NCBI RefSeq assembly: GCF_009834535.1
Contig: NC_045696.1
Coordinates: 99,822,001 to 99,886,000, forward strand
Origin: Camelus ferus
Lineage: Eukaryota
DNA: 64,000 bases
Direction: 5' to 3'
Positions 1 through 14,329 of this stretch are shown here, piece by piece. The notes under the pieces are model-generated. The model worked only from the letters and a program-made list of their open reading frames with translations, was not told where the DNA came from and ran no database searches. Numbering within the stretch: the first letter of the stretch is position 1; each line of letters opens with the position of its first letter. Position numbers and translations under genes: made by a program.

Positions 1-1296
1 GTTTGAAATGCATTGATTCAGACGTGGTAAATGAAAAGATGCCTATATTCAGTAGGCAGTAAATTCTAATTATTTTAGATAGAGGCAATGACTAATAAAA
101 GAAAGAGAGAAGTTCAGTGAAAAGGAGACAACATATGCAAAGTCAAAACAACTGCTTCATAGGAAGACAGAGAAGTCATACCTGACTCAGCATTTCAGAG
201 TACAGCTCACAGCTTCCTATGAAGGAAATAACTAAAGGAACCAGGGCGGCAAATATGAGTGTTGTGACTGAACCCTATTGCCTACTTATGCTTTTTAGTT
301 ATTGTAACAGTAGTGCCTTTGCATTGTTACTACTTGTACCTCTATTTTTAAACATAAATAAAATTTCTACTTGCAGCTACTTTAATTTCTTGCAATCTCA
401 GAGTCACCTTAACATGTGTCAAAATACTCCTGGAAAATACTTATTGGAAAATATACCAACAAAAATAATTTCTGCTGCATACATTGCATATGTCACAAAA
501 CCCAGGCAACGAAAGAAAAACTCATCAATAATTCTGGGTATTCTTATGTGAGAAACCAATCTTATATAAATATTTGTAGCTTCCTGGTAAGTAATACCAT
601 CTATTAGCAATCCACTCAGTCAAGACATAGCTTGAATCAAGGCTGGTAATGGAACAATTCAGTGATAGTCTGAGGTTTTTGTATAGGTGGAGTTAGAGAG
701 GGGTCATGCTTAGGTGATAAGCAGTTTTATTAAAGTTTTAAATATAAACCCTTAGTGAGTCTGAAAAAAAAGCTATAGAAAACTACTTACTTATTATGAT
801 CTCTAATGTCAGTTTACATGATAAATAAGCACATATTTGACAGGCTGCTAAATATTACTCTTGGCATCTATTAGTAAGAAATACCAATTTCTGAAATTTA
901 ATTCCCTATGCTTAATGAACCTAGTAAATTTGATCTGATGCCTTCTGAAATTAATATGTTAAGTCTAAACTGACTTATTTTTATAGGGACAAATTAGTTC
1001 ACATTTAAATTAATCTTGAAGAAAATATGTATTACTATTGAAATGTGTTATTTATAGTCCTTATATATGAGGGTCTTTATTTGATTTCATTCATTTGAAG
1101 CTTTTAAAAGGGACAGAAATGATTAGGTTAATATATAGTGCTTGTAAAGCAAATGATAATTTCTTGCTAAATTTTTTAAAGATGAGACATTAATTATGTG
1201 CGACTGACACCTATTTAGTGCAAGCCCCTAACCTAGGTGTGGGGAAATACACAGCTGTAGTTAAGATACAAAACTTCGCTCAGGAACTTCAATATT

Positions 1297-2290
1297 ATTT
1301 ATTCAGCAGGTATGTACTGAGTACCACCTTTGTGTTGAGCTCTGTGTGGGGTATAGAGGACACAGTGGTGATTAAAAGCGACAGAGACTCTGCCTTTGTA
1401 GAACTTACAGCTTCTAGGAGGGAGGGTGACAATGTTAACCGAGTAATCATTCCAGACAGGAATACAAACTAGGAAAAGTGCTAGGGCATAAGCACAGAGA
1501 AGTCTCATTTCAGCCGAATTCTGAGTTGTGAACAGAAGCTCCTTTGTGTATTTGGGTGGAGGGAGGGGTTAGGAAGTATTCCCAGGGAAAGGGAAAATGG
1601 CATAGAAGGAGGTCTTGAAGCAGGAGACAGCAAAGCACATCTGAAGCAGAGACAGAAATGTGTGTCTGAAGTTTTGAGAGAGGGATCAAAGAGTATCCTA
1701 AGTGGAGACCAGAGAGAGAGTTGAGGGCCAGTATGTGTGCAGTCCTGTTGGCCATTGAAGTATTTGGATCTTTATTATAAGTATAAGAAAAAATTACTGA
1801 CATTGCAGAGGTTCCAGAATAAAGAGGGTACCAGCTAGGTGGCTATTACAGTAGTTCAGGCATGATGATGTGACAATGTGGACTAACACGGGGTGCTGGA
1901 AGGGCAGATAGAGTAGAAATAGATTAATTTGAGAGCTGTTTAAGTGAAGAAATCAAAAGAACTGTCAATTAGTGGAATGTGAGGGAGGGTGACAAAAATG
2001 GTGTCAAGGATAACCGCTAGTTTTCTAGCTTGTTCAATTGGTGATGCCACTTACTGGAACTGGGAATCTTAGAGAAAGACAAGATTTGGGAGTGGATAAT
2101 GGAGTGAGAGATCATCGGTTAGGTTCTTGGTGTACTGGGTTTTGAAGTGCCCAAGAATATATGTCATATAAAATTTTGGATAAAGAGTTATGAGGCTCAG
2201 AGGAGAGATCTGCACTAGAGATTAAATTAAAGAGCCTCCCTACCTTTCTCCAACATTTAGTTGAAGAATGAACAAAGAAAAGAAGAAGGA
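1297..2290 (-). mobile_element. L2 LINE 3' fragment (old, degraded)
   Basis: Starts with the reverse complement of an L2 3' end (ttatttattcagcaggtatgtactgagtaccacc...), followed by purine-rich L2-like body (ggctattacagtagttcagg, gatgccacttactgga, ggctcagaggagagatctg). Confidence 0.75.
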
Positions 2291-2879
2291 GGAAATGGGT
2301 GAGTTATAGTGTGGAAGGAGACGAATTCAGAAGTAAAATGCTGCAGGAGAAACTGCATACCTAACAGCCTCAAAATACACTATTTATCTTCATGTCAGAA
2401 TATAGACTTGTGCTCTGTGATTTAAGACATGGGATTTTTTTTCTGTTTCACCTTGGTTTACATCACAAGACATTTAATTATTATTAAAAATGCCGGAGAA
2501 GGAAAACTCCCACTGAATGGCAGGCTTGTGCAGACATAAGCAGCCTCCTCATTTATTGCAGAGTGAATTACATGGTGAGTTTAGTTACAGATGATGGTTA
2601 ATGATAAGAAGATCTTAATTATGTAAAGTGTAGCACATCACGATTCGACAATCGTGTATCTTTCTCCCGGAAATACCTAGCTCTCTGTCCTGTGAGTCTT
2701 TGGACCTTGGTACCTTTTCTATACTCATGGTTTAGAGAGGGTTATGCACTTCTGGTTCTAAGGGTTCTTAGTTTCTATTTGTCATGCTAACATAAACTTT
2801 TTGTTCCTAGGCCTTTCTCAGAGAGGATTGTTGTTCTTCCCCCCATAAATTTAAGAGCTGAAAGTTCTCCTGATTGTGA

Positions 2880-5240
2880 GAAAACATGTCCACATTATAA
2901 AAAGTAAAAGACTATCCAAAGATTTAAAGAAGGTAAAACTCAGTTGAACACCTACTACTCTAAGATAATCACTATTAACACTTTAATGGCTGATTCATAC
3001 ATCTTTTAAAGCATCATATGTATCAGGCAGCCTTTACTATTATTGATGATGATGATTTTTTTTACCCTCTCTTCTATACATTATTTTCTATCAGACCAAC
3101 CAGTTTTAAAGACCCACTGTGTACATTTTCATGCCTTCTGTGGTGCTTATATAGTGAAATACATATACCTAGATATATGATAGAGATGGATAAATGGTAG
3201 ATGATAGATATGGTAAGTACTTAAACATAGACGTTTTTGTTATTTGTGCTATAAAATAGTATATTTTTCCCATTGCTCAATTTCATGTTTATTTTCCTCA
3301 TTTAATGTGAAAATTACCTTCTTCTTTTAAATGCTGTATAATAATATGGATGATAGATACATTATTGTATGAAAATCATGCCATATATATAGAAACATTT
3401 ATTCAATCATTTTGCTATTGATGAGGGCTCACTTTTTTCTACTTTTTACCAGAAGAATGTTGTAATAGACATGCTTGTGAAAAAATACTTTCATATTTGT
3501 ACTTTAATTTATTTGGTATACAGTCCCAGGAGCCATATTGCTTAGTATAAAGATCTGTTTATCTTTTTCAAGAGGGCTGTAACAATTCATGTTTCCATCA
3601 GCAAGGGAGGAGAATACTACATCACTGAGAGCAGCAGGTGTTACCACTTGATTTAATTTCCCAATATGAAGTGCACCAAATGATATAACAATATTACTAT
3701 AATTTAGATTTTCTTGCTACAGAGAAGTAAGGAATAATTCCATGCTTTTCCCTGATAGCTTCTAAATTTTTTCTAAAATATTTATTATATTTATGTATTT
3801 AAATTTTAGTCTATCTTAATACTTGTTTTTCATCCCAGATGGATCGTGTGCTCATCATTACCATTTGGTAAATTAATCCTTTGTATTCCACCAAATTGAA
3901 ATATCCACTTTATCATAAAGGTTCCATGTATACTGGTATCTGTTTATAGAGATAGTATTTACAATGATTATTTTATTTTCCTATTTCATTGTATTTACTA
4001 AAACCTCTTAAACAATGTTGAATAATAAGGGAGAAAACTATTTGTGCCCTGTTTCTGTTTTTCATAGAAGTAGCTTTAACATTCCACCATTTACAATGAT
4101 GCTTGCTGATTTTGGCAGTCTCTGTGATATTTAAGTAGTTGCCTTTTATTCTTGTATTATTTTACCAGCAATTTTATTTGGAATGGCTTACTTTTTAGCA
4201 AGTATCAATAATAATCGTATGATTTTCCTTCGCTGATTGAATAATATTGTGAACTAGATTGAAAGATTTCCTGATATTTAAAGATCTTTGTATGCTTTGA
4301 CATAAATATTAATTGTGTAGTATACATTTATTTTATCATGCCCAGTCTTGTTTCCCGGAAGTTTACTTAGAATTTTATGCCTAGATTAATGAGATTGGTC
4401 TAGAGTGGTTTTTGTTTGCTTATTTGTATGTTTTGTCTTTTACTAGCTGCTCAAGTATTGATATAGAGGTAATTATGGCTTTATTAAATCATTTAGGGAT
4501 CTTTGCTTTATTAAATGAATTGGGGAGCTTTTCACCACATTTGATACCACACAATCCTGGTAATTTTAATTTTTTTTAATTGGGAAACTTCTATTGCCCT
4601 TCTAAACTTTTCATAGGATATTTTACTAACCAAGTTTTTTTTTTCTTCTTAGGTAATAAAATAGTAAATTAGGTAATAAATTTTTTGATAATTTATGATT
4701 TGTCTTTTTAACTCAAGTAATATGAATTACATGATGTATTTCTTAATATTGAAACACCTTCCATTCCTGAAACAAATCATATATATGTGTGTGTGTACAT
4801 ATATGTGTTTATATGATATGTACTATATACATACTTCTAATGTAATATAAGTGTACTTTTCTACTTGTTTGTATGTTTGTTTAGTGATTTACTTATCTTT
4901 TCAGTTACTTTAGAAAACTTTTGAACTTATTATTTCTGCATTTTATCTCTTTTCTAACTTAATTATTCCACTTTTACCTTTATTAATCACTTCCTTTTAC
5001 TTCATTTGGATTTGTTTTTCTTTCTGTACATTCTTCATTTAGGCGTTCAATGCATTTACTTTAATTTAAAACTTTTTTCATTTTTATTTTGTTATAGTTT
5101 CCAAAATTTCATTTTAAGTAATTCTTCAGTTTTATTTTTTATATACCTTCAGGAAGAATATTTGTTTAGTAGAGTGCTTTAATGCCCAATTGGAAGAACT
5201 CTTTTTCAGTATTCATTCTATTTTTTTAGAAAAAGAAGCT
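2880..5240 (-). mobile_element. Old L1 (L1M/L1ME-type) fragments
   Basis: T-rich degraded antisense L1 ORF2/3'UTR motifs (tttaacattccaccatttacaatgatgcttgctg; aatgagattggtctagagtgg; aaatgaattggggagcttt). Confidence 0.65.
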
Positions 5241-5554
5241 AGTCTTTTTCCATCCATGAATACTTCAATATTTATTCCTAAGCATAAGGGCTATATTTTA
5301 AAATATTACAATATCCTTACAAAACTAACTAAAATTCATTAATATAATTAGATATTCTAAATCTATCATTAATAAATTCCATCTTAACAGAGAAATTCTT
5401 CCTCATTAATTTAGTTACCCTAAAGTACACTTGGTACATAAAAGTAACATATATGATGTCTCTCCTTGCTTATCAACTGACAGAATAATGAATTTGTTTA
5501 CTAGTGTTCTGCAGAGGAGACCAATGAGATTTTTTAAATCAGAACTTTAAAGTC

Positions 5555-5914
5555 AGAGGAGGTTAACTTCTACAACAAGCAATCTCAAGATTTTAGTGTC
5601 TTACCACTTACTGCTTGACCATATCACTGTCCAATATTGTTGTCAGGGTGAGTGTGGTCCTCAAGATCCTTCCATCTTGACAGGCTACCATCTTCAGCAT
5701 AGCTTTCCGTGTCTACAGGAAAGGAGACGAGAGAGTGCACAGATAAGACCTATCTGCTCTTAACTTTCTCAGCATTTCTGCTCATCGCCCATTGGTAATA
5801 CTTCATTACATGGCCACATTTATATGCAAGAAACTAGAAAATGCAGATTAGCTGAGTTCTGAGGAGGGAAGGGGATGGATTTAGAAAATATATAATACAG
5901 TAAGTCTCTGCCAC
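5555..5914 (-). mobile_element. MaLR LTR (MLT1J/K-like)
   Basis: Motifs ctcatcgcccattgg...catggccacattt..tgcaag..ctagaaaatgcag; ends gtctctgccaca, as in antisense MLT1 LTRs. Confidence 0.6.
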
Positions 5915-5920
5915 AAGGAC

Positions 5921-6970
5921 TGCTAGGGTCAGAAACTGTGTAGGGTCTTAAAATGCACCCTACATGTAAGCTAATAAATATGTTTCACATATATATTATA
6001 TATTATATAGAGTATATATTTACACATTGTACATTAAGTACAGTATACATACACTTACATTGTGTGTATGTATACACACATACATGAAGCCTATGCATCA
6101 GAGACAAAAACAGTTTATTATTAGAAGCAAAAGCAGCAGCCACAGGATAAAGAAGATGTGGTATATTTATATAATGGAATACTATTCAGCCATAAAACCT
6201 GACACCATAACACCATTTGCAGCAACTTGGATGCTCCTGAAGAATATCATTCTAAGTGAAATCAGCCAGAAAGAGAAAGAAAAATACCATATGAGATCGC
6301 TCATATGTGGAATTTAAAAAAAAAAAAAAAGAGCATAAATACAAAACAGAAACAGACTGATAGACATAGAATACAAACTTGTGGTTGCCAAGGAGGCAGG
6401 GGGTGGAAAGGGATAGACTGGGATTTCAAAATTTGTAGATACTGATAGGCATATGTAGAATAGATAAACAAGATTATACTGTATAGCACAGGGAAATATG
6501 TACAAGATCTTGCGGTAGCTCACAGCAAAAAAAAAAAAAAAGTGACAATGAACATATGTATGTTCATGTATAACTGAAAAATTGTGCTCTACACTGGAAT
6601 TTGACACAACATTGTAAAATGACTATAACTCGAGAAAAAAAAAAGTTTAAAAAAAAAAAAGCAGCAGCCACAGCAACATTTTGTGTCTATTCCCCAAACC
6701 CCAGTCTCCATAGGACAACATATTAGGGGCCAGATGGTACTTGCACATGCAATGTGGTGCATTATAGAAGAGGAACCTTAAATCAGGAAACTGACCTTCT
6801 GTAAGGCTGCTAGTGATTTGCCTAACTTCCTCTCTGGAGAAAAAAAAATCTTCTCTTAACACAGGAATATCCTCAAATATTCTCCGGAGACAGGGAGAAG
6901 ATGTCGCTATCTTTAATACCCTGGACCATCTCTGGGAAGGAAGATGTTTCTAACCTTTACTATGCTAGAC
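5921..6970 (-). mobile_element. ERV-type LTR (MER68/MER77-like), interrupted by a young L1
   Basis: tgctagggtcagaaactgtg start, tttatta signal, and LTR-like continuation after the L1 TSD. Confidence 0.45.
6146..6656 (+). mobile_element. Young 5'-truncated L1 (ORF2 C-terminus + 3'UTR + polyA) with 17-bp TSD
   Basis: Encodes KKMWYIYIMEYYSAIK...FAATWMLLKNIILSEISQKEK (L1 ORF2 end) and has an A-tail. Perfect TSD aaaagcagcagccacag at 6129-6145 and 6657-6673. Confidence 0.95.
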
Positions 6971-6974
6971 ATGC

Positions 6975-7140
6975 ATTGCAACTTTAATCCTCAAAGCAAC
7001 CCTATAATGCAGATTCTACTATTTTACTGAATTATAAATGAAGAAGCTGGCGCCGTGAGAGGTTAAGTAACTGGCCTTAGTCACTGAGACGGTTAATGGC
7101 AGGAGTGGCTTCAAAACCAAGCAGAAGCAATGCCCTTTAG
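6975..7140 (-). mobile_element. MIR SINE
   Basis: tttaatcctcaaagcaaccctata...gagaggttaagtaactggccttagtcac is the antisense MIR core. Confidence 0.75.
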
Positions 7141-7394
7141 CACGATATTATCTTGAATTAATGATTATGGTGTGCAAAGAACATATTAACTTACTGGTAG
7201 CTCTTCTTCCACGATAGTGTGTAGGAATATCCTCTTAGTAAACATAGAAACAAAGGGCATAATCTTCTGTCACTTAAAAGGAAATGGAAACGTATTTAAC
7301 ATGAAAACTCTCCTATCTGTTGTTGCTGCTGACCTTCCTGGTTAGTAACTTACAAAAAGATTTATGCAAAACAGCGGAATCCAAAAGGGGAATA

Positions 7395-7620
7395 AAACTT
7401 ATTACTGTATTGTATACTTGAAGGTTGCAATGAGAGTACAGCTTTAATGTTCTCACTGTAACAAAACAAAATGGTAATTACATGAGGTAGACGGTACGTT
7501 AAGTAACCTTATTGTGATGTACACTTCACAGTATATACGTGTATCAAATCATCATGGTGTCCTCCTTAAACATACACAATGCTATGTGTCAGTTATATCT
7601 GAATAAAGCTGGAAAAGAAA
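7395..7620 (+). mobile_element. L1MA-type 3' end
   Basis: actgtattgtatacttgaaggttgc...tgtatcaaatcatcatg...aataaagctggaaaa, typical of L1MA 3'UTR. Confidence 0.8.
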
Positions 7621-10600
7621 TATTACTACCCATGACTGTAGATTCTAAATCCTGTTGATTAGAATCAGCCACAGAAGTCTTTCCGCATAGACTAATCATC
7701 TGGCCTATTTCTTGCCAAAGCCGTCCTTCCCTCAGGCTCCCAATTTGGTTTCTGGGTTGGAACACACACCTAAAAAGGGAAGTGTTTCTCCATCCACCTT
7801 ATTACGCCAAGTGGATGAAATTCCAAAGTATTACCTGAAGGGAGCCCAAAGGTTGCTATTGGATTTTATCCATGGCCCTGATCAACATGTACCTGTTTAA
7901 AGGTAAATTGAAAAAAGAGAAAAATTTGGAAGACCTCACAGGCCTAAAAGATAAAAATTAATCTTTCACAAATAATTGGACAAATATGACACTCCTTTTT
8001 ATATCATCTAAAACTTGAGTAATTCAAAATTCACCTTCACTCATTCTAAGTCCAGCCTAGAATGGATGCTTGGACATAAACCAAACTCTGTTTTCAGGCT
8101 AATTCAAAGGAGTCTGTTCTAATTGCAGTCTGCCATAGATCATCCTAGTTTTAAAGGACCTTAGAGTGAGACTTTATTTTTATATTTTCATGAATTGTCT
8201 TTGACGATGTTAAGCCAATAGACTTTTTAAATCTTAAAGAGGAAAGCAATAGTTTGAAATTATACTAAATTATTATTGATGTTTACCTTAATTTCAGATT
8301 TTTGGAAGATAGTAGCAACAAAAAATAGTCAATAAACTGTACTATTAAGGTCAACAATTTTTAGTATTAAAATCAATTTACAGTAGGTTTGCTTGAGGTA
8401 CACATAAATTTGAAGAGGCAGTAAGTGTAAACAGAATAGCTGATTTCTTGGATGCACTCCAATATAATTATAGCTGTTCACCCTTGTGACTATATGTGTG
8501 TGCAGCTTAAAGCTATTTCCCTGCCCCAAGCCACACTAGCAGTATCCTTAGACAGGTTTGCAACTGATTGGAATGCAAAAATCTCTGTCAGCTAGAAAAA
8601 AATACTCTCTAAAATAAATATACAAGTACATTTAAATAATAGATTAAATATGTATTTTGCCATCCATGTCAATTCTTAGCTTATAATCTTGTGATTTGGA
8701 ATTGGGTTATCCCTAAGTATTTAATCACAAAATAGGGTATTTCTAATAGGCAATTGTAAAAAAAATCATCAATCACATTTATTACAAACATCTCATAAAA
8801 CAGCAAAACGTTTATGGGATTGTGGAAGGCAGCTAGGTTGTTCTGTGTGTATAAAGATTTGCATATATAAACAAACCAGCAGGCAGCAAACAAGGTTTGT
8901 TTCCCTGTTTTCCAAAAATCAAAACATCAGTGGATATAATGTCTACTTAATTTTTATTAAAATATATTAAATATTTTTCTGGCAATGACATTGATCATTA
9001 TTATAGTCTAACAGGCTTACATTTTGAAATAACTAAGCTCAAATCTTAATAAATACATAAAAGAATTCTTTCTCCAGCCCCAGGGGTGAATCAAAACTCC
9101 TCAGATGTATCTGTGATGTTAAATGATATTACCTTGTATTTCATGCAGATATATACATCTGTGAAATTGTTGTTACTGGTTTGTATTATTGTTTTGCTCT
9201 CTATGATGAACGCATTTAAGTGACAATAGTGTTCTCAAAATAATTCTGTTTATAGCTTACATAGCTGGCATTGTTTGCATGTGGGTAAGAATAAACATGA
9301 TTTTATGGAAAGAAAGTAGACCTCTTTTTATCTGTAGCCTTGAGGCCGCCAACTGTCGATACCTTCATCCACTAATCCCCTCTGTAATCATGTGTTCATG
9401 TGCTGTGCAAAAACACTCAGAAATCATTTTAAGAAACTCTCTTCTTTTTCCTAGTCAAGACTACACTCACTGTAGGCTGTATGTTATAAAATGGCTAATA
9501 AAATGTTTGAATATGTATATATCGGCACCAAAAGCTATTGCTTTGGGGGAAGAGCTTTTCCATTTTTCAAAAAAACAAAAAACCAACATCAGGAAAACTG
9601 AAGAAACAAATAGCACAGTAAAGAGAAAAATGAATGACATCACATTGTATAAATCTGCAGGATTTTTCTACACTGGGCTTTCAACTATCATTTTTAAAGA
9701 TTCTGCCTTCTCTTTACTTGTCAGAGACGAGAATTTAATTTTCATATGCTGCCTAGAATTCTCCATGTTAAGATATTGATATAACAAATTGCTGAATGTT
9801 TTAGTGATTGATTCTTGCTGACCAAAATGGGCTTTCAGATTAGAAGTCTTTCTTTTTTTCCCGAGAAGACACCTGCTGAGACGGAAGTCTGACTGCCAAA
9901 CAAAAGAAATGTATGCTTTCTTCAACGGGTTCTCTCTAGCAATTTGCAATGCTATCAAAAATTGCATTTTTTTAATGAAAATTATCTAAGGATTTGGAAA
10001 AAAAAAAAAACCAACCCTTGGTTAAAATGGACTGGCTACCCATTCTCAGGCAGTATTAGCATACTGATTGGTCCTTACTTCTGTCACTCTTCTGACTACA
10101 AAATTATGACAGGCTCCACAGCAGGAAGCAAATGATCATTAATACCCTGTCCTCTGGGACACAATAAACTGCCATTCACTTGCATACAAATAAAATACAC
10201 AAGACTTGTCAGGCAAGGGGACAAAAAGGGAAAGATGTTTTTGTAAAATGATTAGGTACTACAGTGGGATGGGACCACTGCAAGGGTTTTGTTTCTCATT
10301 CTAGCTCATCATGGTAGGAAAATTCTTTCATATGGATTCCCTTTTAAAATAGCGTATCTTTCTCCACTTGAGCTCTTTGAGCTTTTCACTTAGATGGGAA
10401 GGTCTTGCTTCTAAGGAGAGGGGAAAAAGACCCTTTATAATCCTATAATGAATCCCATAACACAGAAAGCATAAGAAATTCTAAAATTCCACTAAAATGT
10501 AAGACAATTCTATCTTTTGGTTCAAATATAATGTGCACAAACATTCTGGTTAATGCATTTGAATAATCTCATTACATTTAGTAGGGATGAAATGTACTTC

Positions 10601-11249
10601 AAGATCACCAATTTGATGGGATCAGTAAAAGCAGAACACAATTAGAAAAATGATACATGAGTGGTATTACTGTTGAAACGCCTCTGTCTATTTGTTGCAC
10701 TAAAAGATAAGGTCAAATTTCAGTTTAATTAGGTATTACCGCATGACTGAGTTTGTGCCTTCTTATAACCAGATGGTATGATATTGAGGAATAAATTAGG
10801 GCAACACTTTGTAAAGAATTATGAATGATTAATTCTTCTGATATTTATTAGAGCAACAATTACTCTCACAAATGCTTAATTTTCGATCACCTAACCTAGA
10901 CTTTTCCTGAAGGTATACAGAGAATATGATGATTATTGGTAGACTCAAATGTTTCATAGATTCATATTCACCAGTCTAAACCTGAAAAAGCACCACTTTA
11001 ACCTGAAAAAATGTAAGTGCATACATACATTTATGGTCTTCAAAGTTAGTTTGCTTAATTAGTTTAACTTTATTTTCCTAAATTTTTATTCTCCTTGTGA
11101 TTTTCCAGTGCAGCAGACAGAAGTTATGCTCAAGGATTTGAGAGGTATTTATATACTCCCAACTTATAAATCAGCTTTAGAAGAATTTGAACAAGAGACA
11201 GTAGCTGATTCTATCATTTAAACTCTAAGCTAAAAGAAACAAACTTGTA

Positions 11250-11600
11250 ATACCCCAACAACATAGATGAGTATCAAATGAATTACCCTAAATGACAGAA
11301 GCCAGACTCAAAAGGCTACATAATGTATGATTCCATTTATATGATATTATCTAAAACATAAAACTCTAAGGACAAAATGCAGATCAATGGTTGTCAAGAG
11401 TTGGAGGTGAAAGAAAAAGTTGACCACAAATAAGCACAAGGAATTTTCTGGTGTAATGAAGCTATTCTATATCTTAATTCTAGTGACAGTTACATAGTGG
11501 TGTGTGTAAATCAAAACTCATAGAACTGTACAGTAAAATGAGTGAATTATACTGTACATAAATTATACCTCAATAAACTTTACTTAAAAAAGAAAAAAAA
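11250..11600 (+). mobile_element. Old L1 (L1MC/MD/ME-type) 3' end
   Basis: gaagccagactcaaaaggctacataatgtatgattccatttatatga...ttatacctcaataaa followed by an A-tail. Confidence 0.8.
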
Positions 11601-11863
11601 ACCAAAACCTCCAGGCTTAGCAATGACATGAGAGCACCAGAACGTTCTAAATTGGAGTCATTTAGTCTGGGCGAAGTAGCAAAAATGACAGTCATATCTT
11701 TAGAACTGGGCAGTTGGAAACAGTTTTTTGTAATTGCCAGCAGTGGTACAACTCCCAACGTTGAGTGTTAGGAAGAGTGAGAGTAGATTAAAAATACTAT
11801 TTGAATGTCTCCCTCATGTGGCTTTGAGCAAAAGCAAAACTCCAAAATGTTAACACACTTCAC

Positions 11864-12120
11864 AAGAAATAGGTGAAGGGGATTTAAAGGTACAACCTTC
11901 CAGTTATAAAATAAGTAAGTCATGGGATGTCATACACAGCATAGGGAATATAGTTAATAATACTGTAATAACATTGTATGGTATCAGATGGTTACTAGAC
12001 TTACTGCAGTGATTATTTTGTAATGTATTTAAATGTTGAAACACTATGTTGTACACCTGAAACTAACATAATATTGTATGTCAACTATACTTGAATTAAA
12101 ACAAAGAACTAATTTTAAAA
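11864..12120 (+). mobile_element. L1 3' end with residual TSD
   Basis: ggtacaaccttccagttataaaataagtaagtcatggg...gtacacctgaaactaacataatattgtatgtcaactatac; flanked by cacacttcac at 11854-11863 and 12123-12132. Confidence 0.85.
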
Positions 12121-13602
12121 AGCACACTTCACCATAGATATAGATTATGATCTTCACTGTGAAAAGAAAAAAACTGGCAGAAAATGCAGTTCTGTTCAAT
12201 TCACTGATTCCTTCCCCTTTTCTTGACTTGTATTCCACTTTTATGCCCTAGACCCAGTAATTACACTGCTAATGTCAATTAAATAATCCACATATTTCTT
12301 TCTACATGGCAGCAAGAGGCAGGTCTCATTTTTATGAGTGAATACATTCCACGGTATAAACATAGAAATAAAATGTCACCTCTCAGGTGTGATAACATAG
12401 CCACTATGTCCCAGTGCCACCCCCAAGAAAAGAGTTTTAGCAGAGAAAATAGAGCAACACTTTCCAATAAAATTGCAGAGAGAATTTTTGGTAATTTGAA
12501 TGTTATTACCCACTTTGGATTATAGCCAGAACTGAGATGTAAAGGTAGAAAAAATCAAATGTCCCCACTATTTAGTTAATAATTTAAAAACAGAACAAGT
12601 GGAAAATTATCAGTGATGGGAAAGAGAAAAAGAAAAACAATTTGAGATAATATGTGAGGAAATAATAATCTTTAAAATTATGTATGTAATCCAAAGCCAT
12701 AAAAGCAGAGAGACTCCACAGAGGGAAAATTTATTTCCACACAGATCTGCAATCAAGTAAGATGAATACAAGCCATACAGTCAGTAAAACTTGATTAGCT
12801 GATGCTTTTTGTCAGGCACTAGCCTAGGTACTGGGGTATTTTCATGAACACAAGAGGGTCTTCTTGCCTTCGTGGACTTTGCAATCTAAATTGCCAGAGG
12901 TATATAGTTTTGTGCCAAAGATAGTTGTCATTCTATCTTGGATATAGAAGAAAAAACTAGAAGTACATTCTATATCTTTTTTTAAAAGGACACCAAAAAT
13001 TAGATTCCTTTACATATATACATGTATATGTGTATGTGTATGTGTGTGTATAAAATTCAGCGGTCTTCAATCTGACTCAAATCAATACTTTATAAGTTGA
13101 AATAACCAATTATAACAAGGTTATTCCCTGAATTTCTGGGCTGAACTTTAACTAGAATAAATTAATTCTCCTTCAAGGTATGTTAGTTTCTCAAACTATT
13201 TTCTTTCAAGACTTTAGGAGTAATAGATAATAAACTCTTGATTATATGAACATGAATTTATTATTCATTATCAGTCACTTTTTATTACTCATATTCTTAA
13301 CAAATTTCTCCCTGACTTATTAATTTCTCTCTCCAGATTTGAAAATCATTTAGAATGTCCTCCAAACAGGTCAGTTTATTATTTATGGGTGCAAAGATCT
13401 AGTCCAGTCTATTATTATAAAGTAATTTTACAATATTTTTGTGAAACACTTTTAGATGTATTCTCATTGTAATCCATTTAGCATATGCATTACATCTCCA
13501 GTAAATCAACATGATCTAATATTATGATTTGTCTTTCAAACAAATACTTGTTCCTACATGATTTTTTTTTTCAGACATAAGAAAAAAGTATTTTCTGGAT
13601 TA

Positions 13603-14072
13603 TCTGTGGTCAGCTAGGTATCGCCAGTTCTCCCTGTTAAGGACTCCTCGGTAGAGAAGAAACCAGCAACTTCATTTCCAGAATCTCCCTGCCCATCTGT
13701 TCTGAATTAGAGGCTTCTAATGAGAAACACATACATGAGATCTGGAAGGAGGAAGAAAAGGGGAAGCCATTATTCTTTGGATGCAGTTGTGGCCAGATAC
13801 TCAGGCAGATGTGAGTTTCAAAGAAGCATCCAAAAAAGCTTGAGAAACAACATCAGTCCTGCTGGCGAGATGGTCTGTGGGAACTCACAGAGAGCTTTGA
13901 GAGACTAACCGGCTTCCAGGTTTAAAAAGCCTTCCAGATCTTTAAAAAGCCACTTGCTCCAGTGCTGCACGCTGAGAGACTTTTGAAAAATTTACATAAA
14001 CCCCTAATTTCTTACATTAAAAGCCTTTATACTCCAAAATACTTCTTTTCCTGATCCAACTCTGAGTGATAT
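13603..14072 (+). mobile_element. ERVL-type LTR (LTR16/LTR40-like)
   Basis: atttccagaatctccctgcc...catgagatctggaagg...attaaa...cttttcctgatccaactctgagtgatata ending resembles old ERVL LTRs. Confidence 0.55.
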
Positions 14073-14329
14073 AAACATCCTGCAAAACAAAACTGTAAAA
14101 AATTTAGGTATTAAATTTAGACTACGAATGTTGCAGAGGTTCAGGGAAGAAAGAAGTTCTAGCCTTGAGTAGTGTGTGAAGTTTTTGTAGAGTTACAACA
14201 CATCAGGGCTCCATGTGTTGTACCTCTCCCTGACCCAGCAGCTCCCAAAACTGCCATGGTGCTAACAATTGGGAGAAAATGTCTGCCATGTCTAAAAGTA
14301 TCAAAAGTTTCAAGGACATACAAGAAGTC

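Noticed and set aside
2640..2657. CpG-containing hairpin cacgatt-cgac-aatcgtg
   Set aside because: A 7-bp stem is expected by chance in 64 kb; no ncRNA context.
6027..6317. ORFs with KKMWYIY.MEYYSA (also 18099-18317) and the antisense-L1 ORF at 31552-31737
   Set aside because: These are L1 ORF2 C-terminal remnants or their antisense translations, not host genes.
9279..9779. 166-aa ORF in the repeat-poor block
   Set aside because: No recognisable domain, composition typical of AT-rich non-coding DNA, and no supporting splice structure.
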